Shown here one piece after another: positions 40,624 through 52,641 of a stretch of 64,000 bases of DNA; within the stretch, counting starts at the first letter, position 1; the number at the start of each line of letters is the position of its first letter. The position numbers and the translations under genes were made by a program. The notes below the pieces were generated by a model, which searched no databases, was not told the origin of the DNA, and saw nothing but the letters and a program-made list of their open reading frames with translations. The DNA is from Dimorphilus gyrociliatus (Eukaryota; Animalia; Annelida), in assembly GCA_904063045.1 (NCBI GenBank), contig CAJFCJ010000008.1:248001-312000 (forward strand), given 5' to 3'.

Positions 40624-42370
40624 ATGGATTGCGAACCAAAACCGTCCAGTTCTAACGAAACATTGACCGAACCAGAGTTAGAGAGTAATAAGACATTAAC
40701 TTTTAAAATAACTTATATTCAATACTACTTTTAAAAAAATCACTGTTAGATTCGATAGAATCTTTGAAAATAAATGAACAATTAAAAGAACTACTAAAAG
40801 AAAAGGGATTTAAGATCAGCGAGATATTAAAGAGTAAACCGTCAAACTTGAAATCAGGTAAGATTGATAAACCGGAATATAGACAAATAAAAGCTTATAA
40901 AACTTACTTTTCAAATTTAATCATAATACGTGTCTTATTTATCTTTTGTAGATTTGGGTATAACAGCTAAGGATGCTCTATTAATAATCAATGCTGCCAA
41001 AGATGCGGAACCTACCAGTTCGGAAAAATTTTCAGTAGCTAGTCGAAATGCTCTTGATATGATTTATGATGCTCCCAACGCCAGTATACTAACTTTCTCT
41101 AAAGCTTTAGATGATTTGCTAGACGGGGGCATTTCAACTAATTGTTTAACTGAGATAGTGGGAGAATCTGGATGTGCTAAGACCCAGTTCTGGTAAATCT
41201 TCCTTCTTTTTTCTTTATCAGACAATTTTACAATTTATTTTATCTATGATAACCCCATTCGAATATTATTTACAGCTTGCAAATTGCGGCTGCTGCAACA
41301 ATACCTCAAGAAATGGGGGGTTTAAATGCATCCACAATATATATAGATACACACAATGGAGTATTTATAGATAGAGTAAAGTCAATAACTCTTGGTGTAG
41401 TTGAAAAATGCCACAAATCGGCCAGGGAAAATCAACTAGGTGAGTGAAAGACATTTAAAACGTTCATAGCTTGGGAACAAATGATATACGACTAATTATA
41501 ATTACTTCTTCTTATTTTCTTTTTTAAGATATTTCAAAAGAATTAGAATCTTATACTCTTGAAATGGCTCTATCAAAAATTCTAATTCAAAAGCCAATAA
41601 GTCTTCAACAGTTGATGATTTCAATAGGTCGCTTAGAAGAATTTATTAAATTACATTCGCAGGTATTGATAGTAAATCATGTATAAGTAATTAGAGGATT
41701 TCTATTACTAATTATCATTGTTCTTCAGGTGCGTGTGATAATTATCGACAGTATTACTTTTCCCATAAAATATGTTGTCCATGATAGTGAAGAAAGACTT
41801 AAAATACTTCTTTCTATCCATGCAACTCTAAGGGAACTATCACAAGATTATAATTTAGCGGTAAAATTATTTTATCCTTCACCTAACCTTAAAAAGTGAA
41901 CATGTGCTTCTTTTTGCAATTTGAAAATGTTAGGTTCTCTGGACAAACCAAATGACTACAGGGCCTAATAGAGATTCTGTAGCTGCGTTAGGCGATAGTT
42001 GGGCTCATGCATGTACCCAACGTCTAACTTTTTCCAAATTAAACGACGACTTTCAAGCAAACATATGGAAAAGTTCATCAAATCAAGGAAACAGTATAGT
42101 TTTCAAAGTAAAGGCAAGTATATATTTTAAGAGTTTTCTTTGATTAGCTAATTCCCGTTGTTTTCCCTTTTCTTTCGTTTATATTTCTAACCAGTTTAAA
42201 GTCTACAAAAAGCATGAAAAAACAATCTTAAGCCTTTTGTTTTTTCCATGCTATTTATACTCTGAACTTGGTTGTTTTGTTAAAAATGCACCGATTGCAA
42301 GAAATGCATAACTAATTGTTTTCTTGTATTTCAACAGGAAGAAGGTATAAGAGACGCAGAAGAAACTTAG
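40624..42370 (+). CDS. RAD51C: RAD51 paralog C (350 aa)
   Basis: Exons 40624-40684, 40750-40857, 40952-41192, 41276-41439, 41529-41662, 41729-41860, 41934-42113 (GC donor), 42338-42370. RAD51C-like ILTFSKALDDLL, LQIA..TIPQEMGG, TNQMTT, ALGDSWAHA and EEGIRD. Confidence 0.9.
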
Positions 42371-43160
42371 ATTTTTATTATGTATAACAAAAATATCATT
42401 TCATATAAATTTAAAAGACACTTATTATGTTGATTTGTATACTTGAGTAAAGGAAATTTACCAAGGAAACAAGACTATACTTTTTATTCAATACTATTCT
42501 TAAGATAAAACTATCAATATATTAGTAATAATGAGATATCTGATAATACATTTATTCTAAATATAATATTTTAGTCTAATATTTTATAGAACTTGTTTAG
42601 TTCGTATTAAAGCTATCTGTAATCAACCAGTTATCATGAATTTCCCTTAATTAGACAATATCTTTATCCCCTTAATCTCCCTACTTAATTGATATTGAAG
42701 AAAATTTTAAGGAATTTAAAATTGGATAAAACAAGAGTACTATAGATAATTTTTGGTTTTTCCATCATTTCATAAACATTCAAATGAAGTACAGTAATAA
42801 AAATAGAAAGAATTATATAAATAAATGTAAAATTCTTATCTTGTTGTATAAACACATTCCGTATATATCAAAGTATTTTGCAAGGATAAAGTATATATTA
42901 TATCTTTAAACTTATGAATATGTATATGATCTAATTATCCTACTTCATATCTAGCGTTAACATCGAATAACACTACACGTCACTTTGTGCTTTTCGCATT
43001 GTAAAAAAACATGGTTGATTGGAACATAGTGGCCTTAGATATATAAAACTTCCTTATTGAAATTTTTTGACCTATCGAATTGGCCAAAGTGTTTTTAGCT
43101 TGGCTACAGGTCTAATATCATTCAGATCTTCGTTCGATTCCACCGATCAAACTGTACAAA

Positions 43161-43813
43161 ATGTCGTTAGCTCTCTACGATAACTCGACCATGTCGATAC
43201 GTGAGTAAATTATATATCTTTATTATCATTGTCTTAACAAGATAGTTGAAAATTATTTGAAACTATGTAATTAATATCTTATCATATACACTGGATAAAA
43301 GCCTTCAATTAGTATATCAAAGATTTTTTCTAATGCTATAAAATAAAGGCCGCGATATATAGTTACAATGAGATTTATGAAGGCGCTAAAATTTAAATAT
43401 AATACACTATACTGTATGCCAAAAAAAAAACCTATGCTATATAATCAAATAGAGTCACTCTTATTCCTTATTGAAGCTGGAAAGGAAAGTAGGAAACTGT
43501 ATCCTATTTTTTAGACAAATCTTTTATATTAATATTATATTAGTCTATTCCGAGAACCTTTAGGTTAGCTATAGAAATTTGATTATCAAAAGACTTTAAC
43601 AAAAGTTTAAATGTGTTTGGTTTTATCATTAACATAACTAGTGTATTATTTATAGATTCCAAGTTTTTTTGAACTATAATATAAGTTTTGCGACCGTATC
43701 AGTATCGTTTCCTTCTTCCCTTGTGTTTGCGTTTATTATCTATAAAAGTATTAATTAATCCATCAGTAAGAAACGAACAATTTTCTTTTTTGTATACACC
43801 TTAATAAAGATAT

Positions 43814-43851
<38 letters not shown>

Positions 43852-46055
43852 CTTCTTTTCTGAATATACCATTATTCAAGAATTTGTAAAAGGTTTAAAT
43901 ATATATAATTCAATATCAAGTTTTCCTACTTTCAAAACGAATAGCTCAAAAAATACAATAAGAATTTGTATGTAAGCGAGGGAAGGGGAGATATCCCAAG
44001 TTCAATAGCCTAATAATACCTGTAGTATTTAACATAATATGTCTAAGCTTGTCCTTTACTTTCATCTCTTATATATATATAAATATATTTGTAAACACCA
44101 TACTTTTTCAAATTCTTACGATATAAAAAAATAATCTTTTAACAAACTAATGAAATTATTTAGTTGTCTTTTAGAAAGTCAGTAGAAACTCTGCACATTT
44201 TTATATTTATTAACAAAGTTATATTTTGCCTGACAAAACGTTTTCAACAAGATAAAAGTAGTAAAAAATCTTTCATCAACAATCAGAAAGTTAATTATTT
44301 CTCAATTTGAATAGTTATAGTAATACTAATATATAGAGAATTGTCATATGTAAACTTTAATGAAAGAAAGCTCTTAATTTTTATTATTTTTCCTTTATAT
44401 TGCTTTGCTTAATACGTAAATTGATTTAAGACTGTTGCTGCCATCTATAGTGGTAAATTTTTTATATCTAGACGCTTATAATAAATATGATCAAAGGTTA
44501 AGAATAATATAAAAAAACTGTTTCCATCAAGACAAAATAACAATTGGTATTTTGATACAGTAAAGATGTTAATAGATTTCCTTTCATTTGTAAATTCTTG
44601 TACTTGAAAATTTTGTTGTATAAACAAACCAGATGGGAGACAAAAGTAAAATGTTCTTTTAAGCCTGAAATTAGATGATATCAATCGATTACGTGATAAG
44701 ATTAAGTATCATAAAATGTTAGATTTTATAGCATGTTCAATAATCTCTCATTCAAATTCACTGCGTCCAGAGATAAAATATTAAACTGATTGTTCAGTGA
44801 AGGAAAGCTCAATGAACGACAAGGAAAAGATTTTAATGAAATACCATTTTAACTAACCATTTGGGAAGAGGAAGAACTTTATTGATTTTTTTATCTTTAT
44901 CAAATAGATCTATTACAATTGTATATATCTCATTAGTATTGTACATCTAATTCAATATGAAAATCTACTATTCTGAACATATTATCTCCCTATTGCAGTG
45001 TCAAACTTTGACGAGAGCGATTATACACCCTTTGGCTCAACGATGAGTAACGTGTCGAATGAATTTATGGACGAACATTTTTATTCAAACTGTAGTAAGT
45101 TTCTTATTAGTTTAATTTCATAAATAGTTAGACAAGGAAGGAAATATTTATACTTCCTCTTTTTATTATTTCCTACATTGTGTCATTTTATTTAGCACAC
45201 TCTTCCGATACTATGACCAATTCAGGTTCGGACGACTCTTATCAAGCTGTTGAGTGGAAGAACGTTATACCAGAGAAATGGGATTGCGAACTCGTCCAGA
45301 ACTATATTGCTCATATATTGTATCGAAATGAATTTGATAATGACAGGTAGGCCGGCTACCTTTTTCTATTTTCCTTTTCAAACTAAAATTTCTTTTGATG
45401 AACTTTCTCCAGGATAGTCATTACACAGGACAAATTTCGTGAATGTAACGGACAAAAGTTAATGCGAATGCAACATCACGATTTCATACAACTTGATCCA
45501 GACAGTGGTACAGTAATATACAGAGAATTCCAGGAACTAAATCGAAGTATTCCGAATTACCCACCTGACCCAGATTCGAGTGACTATCCGACTTCACATT
45601 ATATCCCTACAGCTCCTCATACGATCACGAAAACTGCAAGGAGCAAACGGGAGCCTGCAGCAAAAAAACCAAGAACTCCAAGCACAAGAGGTAGAAAACC
45701 AGGTCAACTGTCCAAAGGCAATCATCTTTGGGAGTTTTTGAGGGATTTACTTAATGATGATAGATCTAACCCTCATCTATTAAAATGGGTTAATCGCGAA
45801 GAAGGTATCTTTCGAATAGTTAAATCTGAGCAAGTTGCCAAATTCTGGGGGGATAAGAAGAAAAGACCAAAAATGTCGTATGAGAAGATGAGTCGAGCTA
45901 TTAGGTTTTGTAGAGATGTTGGTTATTTTGGCGAAGTTCCAAAAAATGTAGGACACCCCAAAAAATTAATATTTAAATTTGGCAATAAGGCCCACGGCTG
46001 GGATAAGAAAGATCCTAATGCTAACCTTGATTTTCTGAAGAATATTTCATACTAA
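43161..46055 (+). CDS. ETS transcription factor of the ESE (ELF3/ELF5/EHF-like) group with a Pointed domain (309 aa)
   Basis: Exons 43161-43200, 44999-45094, 45196-45346, 45413-46055 are frame-consistent. PNT-like IPEKWDCELVQNYI...CNGQKLMRM; ETS domain HLWEFLRDLL...FKFGNKAHGW. Confidence 0.88.
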
Positions 46056-46762
46056 TTTCACAAAACGCGAATTGAAACTTAGCCAACTATGTAAATTATC
46101 CTTCATATACTTTTTAAAATATTGAACTTGTTTATGTTCCATAATTTTCCTAAATTCTCACAAATCAATCTTGAATTGTTATATTGAACTACAATTTTGT
46201 TAAACTCATTTATTTCAACGCAATTCTTATCGCTATAAAATACATTTACATTCATGTTTTTGTCGAGCTGAAGCCAAATTTCTTCTGAAGGTTTTTTACG
46301 ACGTTGTACATCCTGAGTTAGAGCAATTGACTTTCAGGCGTTTCCAAAGCTGTAATTTTGGAGGAATATAGGAACATTATAAAATGAAATACTAAATCCA
46401 ATATCATAACAGTGGAATAACTACGTACAGCATTACAATGTCCGTTACTATACCTTTGAAGAAATCTGGAATACGAATTACAATTGAAAATACATATATA
46501 TGTACATACATATGAAGTAACCGTTTATTATTCGTTTTTCTTTTTTGTGTTATAAAATAATAATATAAAATAAATCAATTTTAACGATTATTTAATTACG
46601 ATCCTCTTTGACTTTCTACTGTCGCTTCGTTCTTAATACTAAGTATAAGTAACACTAATTGTCGAATTGTAAAAACATTCTAAACAAAGAGAAACCATAA
46701 TTTCTATCTAATATGGTAAATTATTATGAATGTTCAAATTTTCAAATCAAAATATTAGTGGG

Positions 46763-47853
46763 CTATAAAGACGTTAACCGATCTTTAAACGCCAAGCAAG
46801 TTACAGCTTTTTGATGTCCATCGTACTCTCTTCTGACTTTGCCTGTTTCTAAATCCCATACCCTTGCAAGATTATCGGAGGACGAAGTCATCAAGTGTCT
46901 CGAATCGCTGCTAAAGGCACAATCCCAAACCCATCTCTGGTTGGGAACAGCACAAAGGGTAGTATACAGAGAAGAATCTGATGTTTTCCAAATTTTTGCA
47001 GAGCCATCGGCAGAGGTGGTGGCTAAATATTTTCCATCTGGACTATATTTGCATTTTAAAGCATACTTCCTATGAGCCTGTATTTTTTTTTCTACAGCTA
47101 TTGTCTGAGTTTCTTCGTTAATTGAATTTTTTAAAGGCCTGGAACGTGTTCAAAATTTTTGCATGAACCAAATTTTTAACTCAATGAAAGCATTATTTTA
47201 AAATGAGATTAAATGAAATATTTTAAAGAAATAACAAATATTTTCTGAAACACGTTCCAGATATATAGATCACCCCTATTGGTAACAGCAGATAAGTTTG
47301 AACCCGTTACGTCAATGGAAAGATCTTGAATAGAACACTCCTCTACATTTCCAATTTCTTCATGGTAGTTTGCAGTTAAATCCCAACAATATACTTTACC
47401 TTGTTGGCTGCCGATGTACAGAACAGCTTGGTTCGGATGCAAAACAGCTGCGTTTATATAGTTATCGATTCTGAAACATTTTGCACATTGCAGGCCTCGA
47501 GACCTTGATCTAAAATCCCATACGCGAATAAAACCATCTTCTCCCGCAGAATACATCCACCGACTGTCTTGTTCAAAACCGACTGATAAAACATTTTTTT
47601 GAACACCATTGCAACATATTAGGGGATTTGAATTCCCTGATTTTGCATCATAAACGCGTATGTTCTGGTAGCAACCAGCGGCCAACAGTTTACCATCGTT
47701 TGTTAACTCCAAACAATTAATCTGTGTATCACTTTGGCACTGTATTGTTCGTTCACAATAGCCTCGCTGGGCTTGCCAAAACTTGATAGTATGATCATAT
47801 CCTGAAGTAACAAAGATTACTGTCTCATCCCCTGAATCAAGAGTTTCGTTCAT
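46763..47853 (-). CDS. MLST8: Target of rapamycin complex subunit LST8 (WD40, 325 aa)
   Basis: Exons 47853-47252 and 47138-46763. [37 protein letters not shown] and [11 protein letters not shown]. Length matches known LST8 proteins. Confidence 0.96.
47139..47260. repeat. Inverted repeat / fold-back spanning the MLST8 intron
   Basis: On the coding strand, CTGGAACGTGTT (47260-47249) and AACACGTTCCAG (47150-47139) are a perfect 12-bp inverted pair that extends imperfectly inward. Confidence 0.85.
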
Positions 47854-48233
47854 ATTTTATAAATGTCAAAGTGCAGTTGATTAAGAAAAATTATATTGCA
47901 AAAGACCATAGATGTTTTTCATTCCTAAAGTATAACAGTCGTCTAATTTACTCTCAAAGAAGTTTCATACTTAAAATTATCCGAACAAAATTTGAACCGG
48001 AAACGGAAATAACAATCAATTTTGGACATTTTTACTGAAAAAAGTAGTCGAAAAATTCTAAAATTTCCCTTAGGATTTTATAGCTATTTTTAATTAATAA
48101 AAAAGTTTTAGTAAATTATAAAAATTTTATGACTAAATAAACTGGTAGAACAACGGAACTAGTTTTGCGTTAACGACTTAACGTGCTCACTGAAGAAGCT
48201 GACATTTGTAATTAAATTTCTACAATTTAAGGG
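47854..48233. promoter_or_regulatory. Divergent promoter MLST8 / TTC12
   Basis: Start codons 380 bp apart, head-to-head. Tandem ETS-like CCGGAAACGGAAAT at ~47997-48010. Confidence 0.65.
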
Positions 48234-51200
48234 ATGGCTACAAATTCGGATGTGAATTCTGAATTGGACAACTTTCTTAATAAGGTTGATGAATTAGGTG
48301 AGCATATCGAAGCTTCTTTTGAAGCTCAAGTTTATTGAGTCTTTCGGTGCCGCTTTCGTGAAGATGCTAGAGTTCTATAACACATGCACATTATTTTTTA
48401 GATGATCTTATGCATGGAATTCGATCCTCAAAATTAGACGATGAAGACGAGTTGAATAAACTTGAATTGAATACCATACAACAACTCACGAAATTTAAAT
48501 CTGAAAAGGATAAAACAAGGGACAACAAATCTGAAATAAATAAAACAATAATAAACCAAAAGGCTTTTACGGATAATCCAGCTGATATTCGAGACGGTTT
48601 TTAATACATTTGATAAATAAATCACGATGGCTGATCAATCTTTTTCATATAGAATTCAAAGCTGCTGTAGAAAAAGATGCTTTGGAGCGTTCTGAGAGAA
48701 GAAAAAAGCATATTCAAGAAGCAAAATTTTATAAAGAAAAAGGAAATACAGAATTTAAAAATGAAAATTACGAAAAAGCAGTGGAGTACTACACAAAGGT
48801 AAATATGATCTCATAACTAACTTTCTTAAATTGATCTCATTAATCTTTATTGTAAGATAACTTTTTATACTACTTTCAATTTTTATTAGCTATAATTTCA
48901 TTTATTTAGGTAAATACGGCTCGTTTAATTAAGTTTTATCGGCGATCGCAAAGGAATGTAGGTGAAATGCTTATATTTTTTTAAACGAAAAAAAGAACAC
49001 AACGAAAAATAAGTTAATATTACGTTCAATATCTTGAAAGGATGTAATTTTCCTGATATCAACTAAATAATAAAATATTATTTAATAACTATTATATTCA
49101 GAATAAGACAAACAGTTTAATTTAATATAAGATAAAAAAAAATCATCAGGAGAATCTATGTTTAATTTGCTATGGCAACCCGTCTGGGATTTTCTTCCAA
49201 GATTGTTGAATAACTTATCTAATACAAAATAGGCCTTATTTATATATAAGAAAAAAAACATTTTCCATAAAACTGTATACAATAAAAAGAGATGCAAGAA
49301 ACGCTAAATACATATCTAGTTAAATGAACACAACGTCTACTTTTTGCAGTTAAACCACAGCTAATTCTCTTTAATTTCATACCTGCAGGGTATTGACTTG
49401 GTTAAGGATATGATAGTACTCTATACAAATAGAGCGCAAGCCTATATTAAACTGTCAGAATATGAGAAGGCTTTAAAAGACTGTGACTTGGCTTTAAGAT
49501 TGGATGATAAATATTTGAAAGCATACTTACATAAAGGAAAAGCGTATTCAGCTCTAGGAAAGTTTGATGAAGCATTAAATAGCTATAAAACTGCTATATC
49601 TTGTGACCCAAAAAAGCAGAATGTTGTTAGCCTAATTCAAGGTCCATAAAGTTTCCAATCAAATTATAAAAAAAAACGCATCGACTTGGAAATAATTTTA
49701 TTTCATTACGTTTTTAGGATACATATCTGAAGTTCAGCTGAAGAAAAACCAAGCAAATTCGTCAGGAGATAGGAAAGAAATTCAACTAAAAACTGAATGT
49801 GTAGTTGACGTGAGAATTCTCTAGCAAAATAAAATACACGTTACGTACAGTAATGTGGTTTTCTTCAGGTTTTAGATACATTATTTATTAATGGAACTGA
49901 AGCTGTCCATGTACATGGAGGATTGAGAATACTACAGAATATACTTTACATACGTGAGTCTTTGTAGTTGTCTGCTGGTTTAATAAATATTCTAAAATAT
50001 CTATTTTTCTCATTTAGCTGATGCTCCAATTATTTTTAAATCTAACGGTGGACTAAGATTGAGTAGTGAACATGATCTAATTGTTAGATGTCTTGAATCC
50101 GAGCCAACGAAATTAACCAAAGATGAACTTCAAGTTTGCAGTTCAGTATACGCTTGTTACGCTGCTGCTTGCATCAACGATGGTTAGCCAATAAATAACT
50201 ATTTTCAACGCTACTAACTGTAAATACTTTTTCTGTCTAGATGAGCATAAACGGGTAATTTTTCTTGAAAATGAAAAATTAGCAGCTCAAACTCAAAAAT
50301 TCTTAGACGCTCTTTTGGAAAAGGCCAAAACTTTGCATGTTGATATACTTGCTTTTATACGAGTAGTTACGTGCATTCCGATTGGAGTAGATGCTTTTGC
50401 CACAAAATTCGATGCTTGCAGGTTTGTTTTTTAGTAAAATTCTGCAATAAACCATTTCTCAAAATACATGAATCATAAGAAAGCTAATTAACCTTTTGAA
50501 AATATTTTTAGATTTGTTAAAAGTTGCGTAGATCTTCAATCATTTTATGAAAAAAAACTTCCAAAATTGGGAAACGATATTGTTGCTATTTTTTTTGAAT
50601 TATTTAAATGTAGAAAGTAAGTAATTTGTGAAAATGTTCTTTTTACTATATCGATTCTAAAACAACTATAGATTTCGTGATAAAATGGTTTCTCAAATTA
50701 ATGGCATATCAGATATATTTGCGGATTTCATGGTAAATATATACTTTTCTTATATAAATTTACATTAATATATAAATGCAACTATAGAGAAAAAATTCAA
50801 AGATCAACAATATTCGTTTGTTATCAACATTTTTAACTGGTTTAACAAGTCTTGCTAGGGATCAAAGGCTAAGAAAATTATTATCTGAAAGAACATTATT
50901 TTGGACAAGCATATTTGATGTATTGGTAAATATTTTCTTTGTTTTATTTCCAAGTAGAAGAAACTGTGCTGTTATCGTTTTTTTCCAGGAAAGAGTAATT
51001 AATCCTCTGGCTTCATCCGATAAACCTGAATTTTCAGTACAACGAGATTGTATGTTGCTTTTGAACTGTTTATGTTATGAAAATAGCGAAATAATGAAAT
51101 CAAAAAGTATTGGCAAAATTTGCTCAGCAATTTACCCTCTATTGAAAGCAGAGGAGCATCAACTGCAGCAGACAACTCTTCATACGTATTCAACCATTTT

Positions 51201-51860
51201 AACAGGTTGCAAAGACATAGCAATAGAAATGATAAAATGGGGTTTCGTCGAGTATTTAATAGAATTAATGACGGTAAGATAAAAGAAAATCACTTAAAAA
51301 TTTTAGCTGAGATACGTTTTTTTAGGATGGCGAAAAATTCAATGGTAATTGCCTCACAAGATGTCTTTTGGCTTGTACGCGAGCGGACCAATCAACTTGT
51401 AAGATGCTCACTTCTTGGTTGCCTGGTTTGTACAATTTTTGCTTCAATTTAAAAATTATTCAACTTTTTTCTTATCAAATTTTTATTATAGCTTTAAAGT
51501 CTCTTATAAATCTCCTTGACTTGGAGGATGAGAAAGCCGCCGGAAACGCAGCGCTAGTACTCACAGACCTCTTAAATCATGATAAGAATATATGTAACAC
51601 TTTAAAAGCAACCGATATTATACGCAGACTATTAATAATGTGCAAGGATGCAAATTGTCAAAAAGTTCGAGTTAACTGCGCCATATTTCTTAGTAAAATA
51701 GTAACAACAGATGAAGAGTAAGTTATAAAATAAGTTTTTAGAAATATTATAATAGTATTATATTAATAATTATCTTTCCTTCAGGTTAAAGATAAAGCTA
51801 AGAGAATTGGACGGTATAGGAATTTTACATAATATGTTAAAGTCTGTCCGACTGGAGTAA
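48234..51860 (+). CDS. TTC12: Tetratricopeptide repeat protein 12 (TPR + ARM; axonemal dynein assembly), 723 aa
   Basis: Exons 48234-48297, 48402-48596, 48653-48798, 49389-49641, 49718-49809, 49869-49953, 50018-50182, 50241-50421, 50512-50616, 50672-50732, 50788-50925, 50989-51273, 51326-51425, 51492-51717, 51785-51860. Motifs LDNFLNKVDE, VEKDALERSERR, KDMIVLYTNRAQAY, GNAALVL and NCAIFLSK. Confidence 0.9.
49167..49180 (+). promoter_or_regulatory. RFX X-box-like motif in TTC12 intron 3
   Basis: TTTGCTATGGCAAC, a 13/14 match to RTHNYYWTRRNRAC. Confidence 0.45.
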
Positions 51861-52641
51861 TTTCACTGAAGATGAGAGACATCTAGATAAAAAAAAAATT
51901 TAATGCTTTATACTACTTGATCAAATTTCTAAACATAAGATCTGTGATAAAAAACATGTTTAGAATCAAGTATGTTGTTCAGTGTCGTTTACAACGAAAG
52001 TCGCGTCAGTAAAAACACCCAAAATTAATTGTTTGTATTTTTTAAAAGAAATTCGATATGTTTGTTGTTTGTTGCTTACTGCTATAAGCGAGGAGATCTG
52101 TCAGTCCTACTCTCTTACTTTAAACAATTGGGGAGCAAAAAAAAAAAAATATGCAAAATTTTGCCAATTTTCTAATAAAATGATAAATTCACACTTTCCG
52201 TCTAGTTTTGGCAATGTTAATTATGGTTTTTAATCATTAAGAGAGTCAATATGAGTCTTATTTAAGAAATGCAATAAAACTTTCAAATCAAACTAAATCA
52301 ATAAAATAGCTTTTAATCTTCACAGTTATTACGGTGTTTAAAGCTTCAAACTCTTAAGCTATTGTCTATTACGTGCTAAAACATGAAGTTTTAGAGATTA
52401 AATTAATGTCTTTGTTTAATTGTAGGAAATCCTTCTACCGATATATTGTATTAAAACATCATTTGTAGATTGACAATATGGGACAGAGTCAATAGATAAC
52501 GTTTTATAAAGTGCGATGATTCAGTTATAAAATTTCTAAAATTTTAGCGCCAAAATAGTTCTAAATAATAAAGATGGAGCCACTGTCGCAGAGCATCCAC
52601 ATTTTGGCATATTCCTTTATATTCGCCAAAATTTGAAAAAG

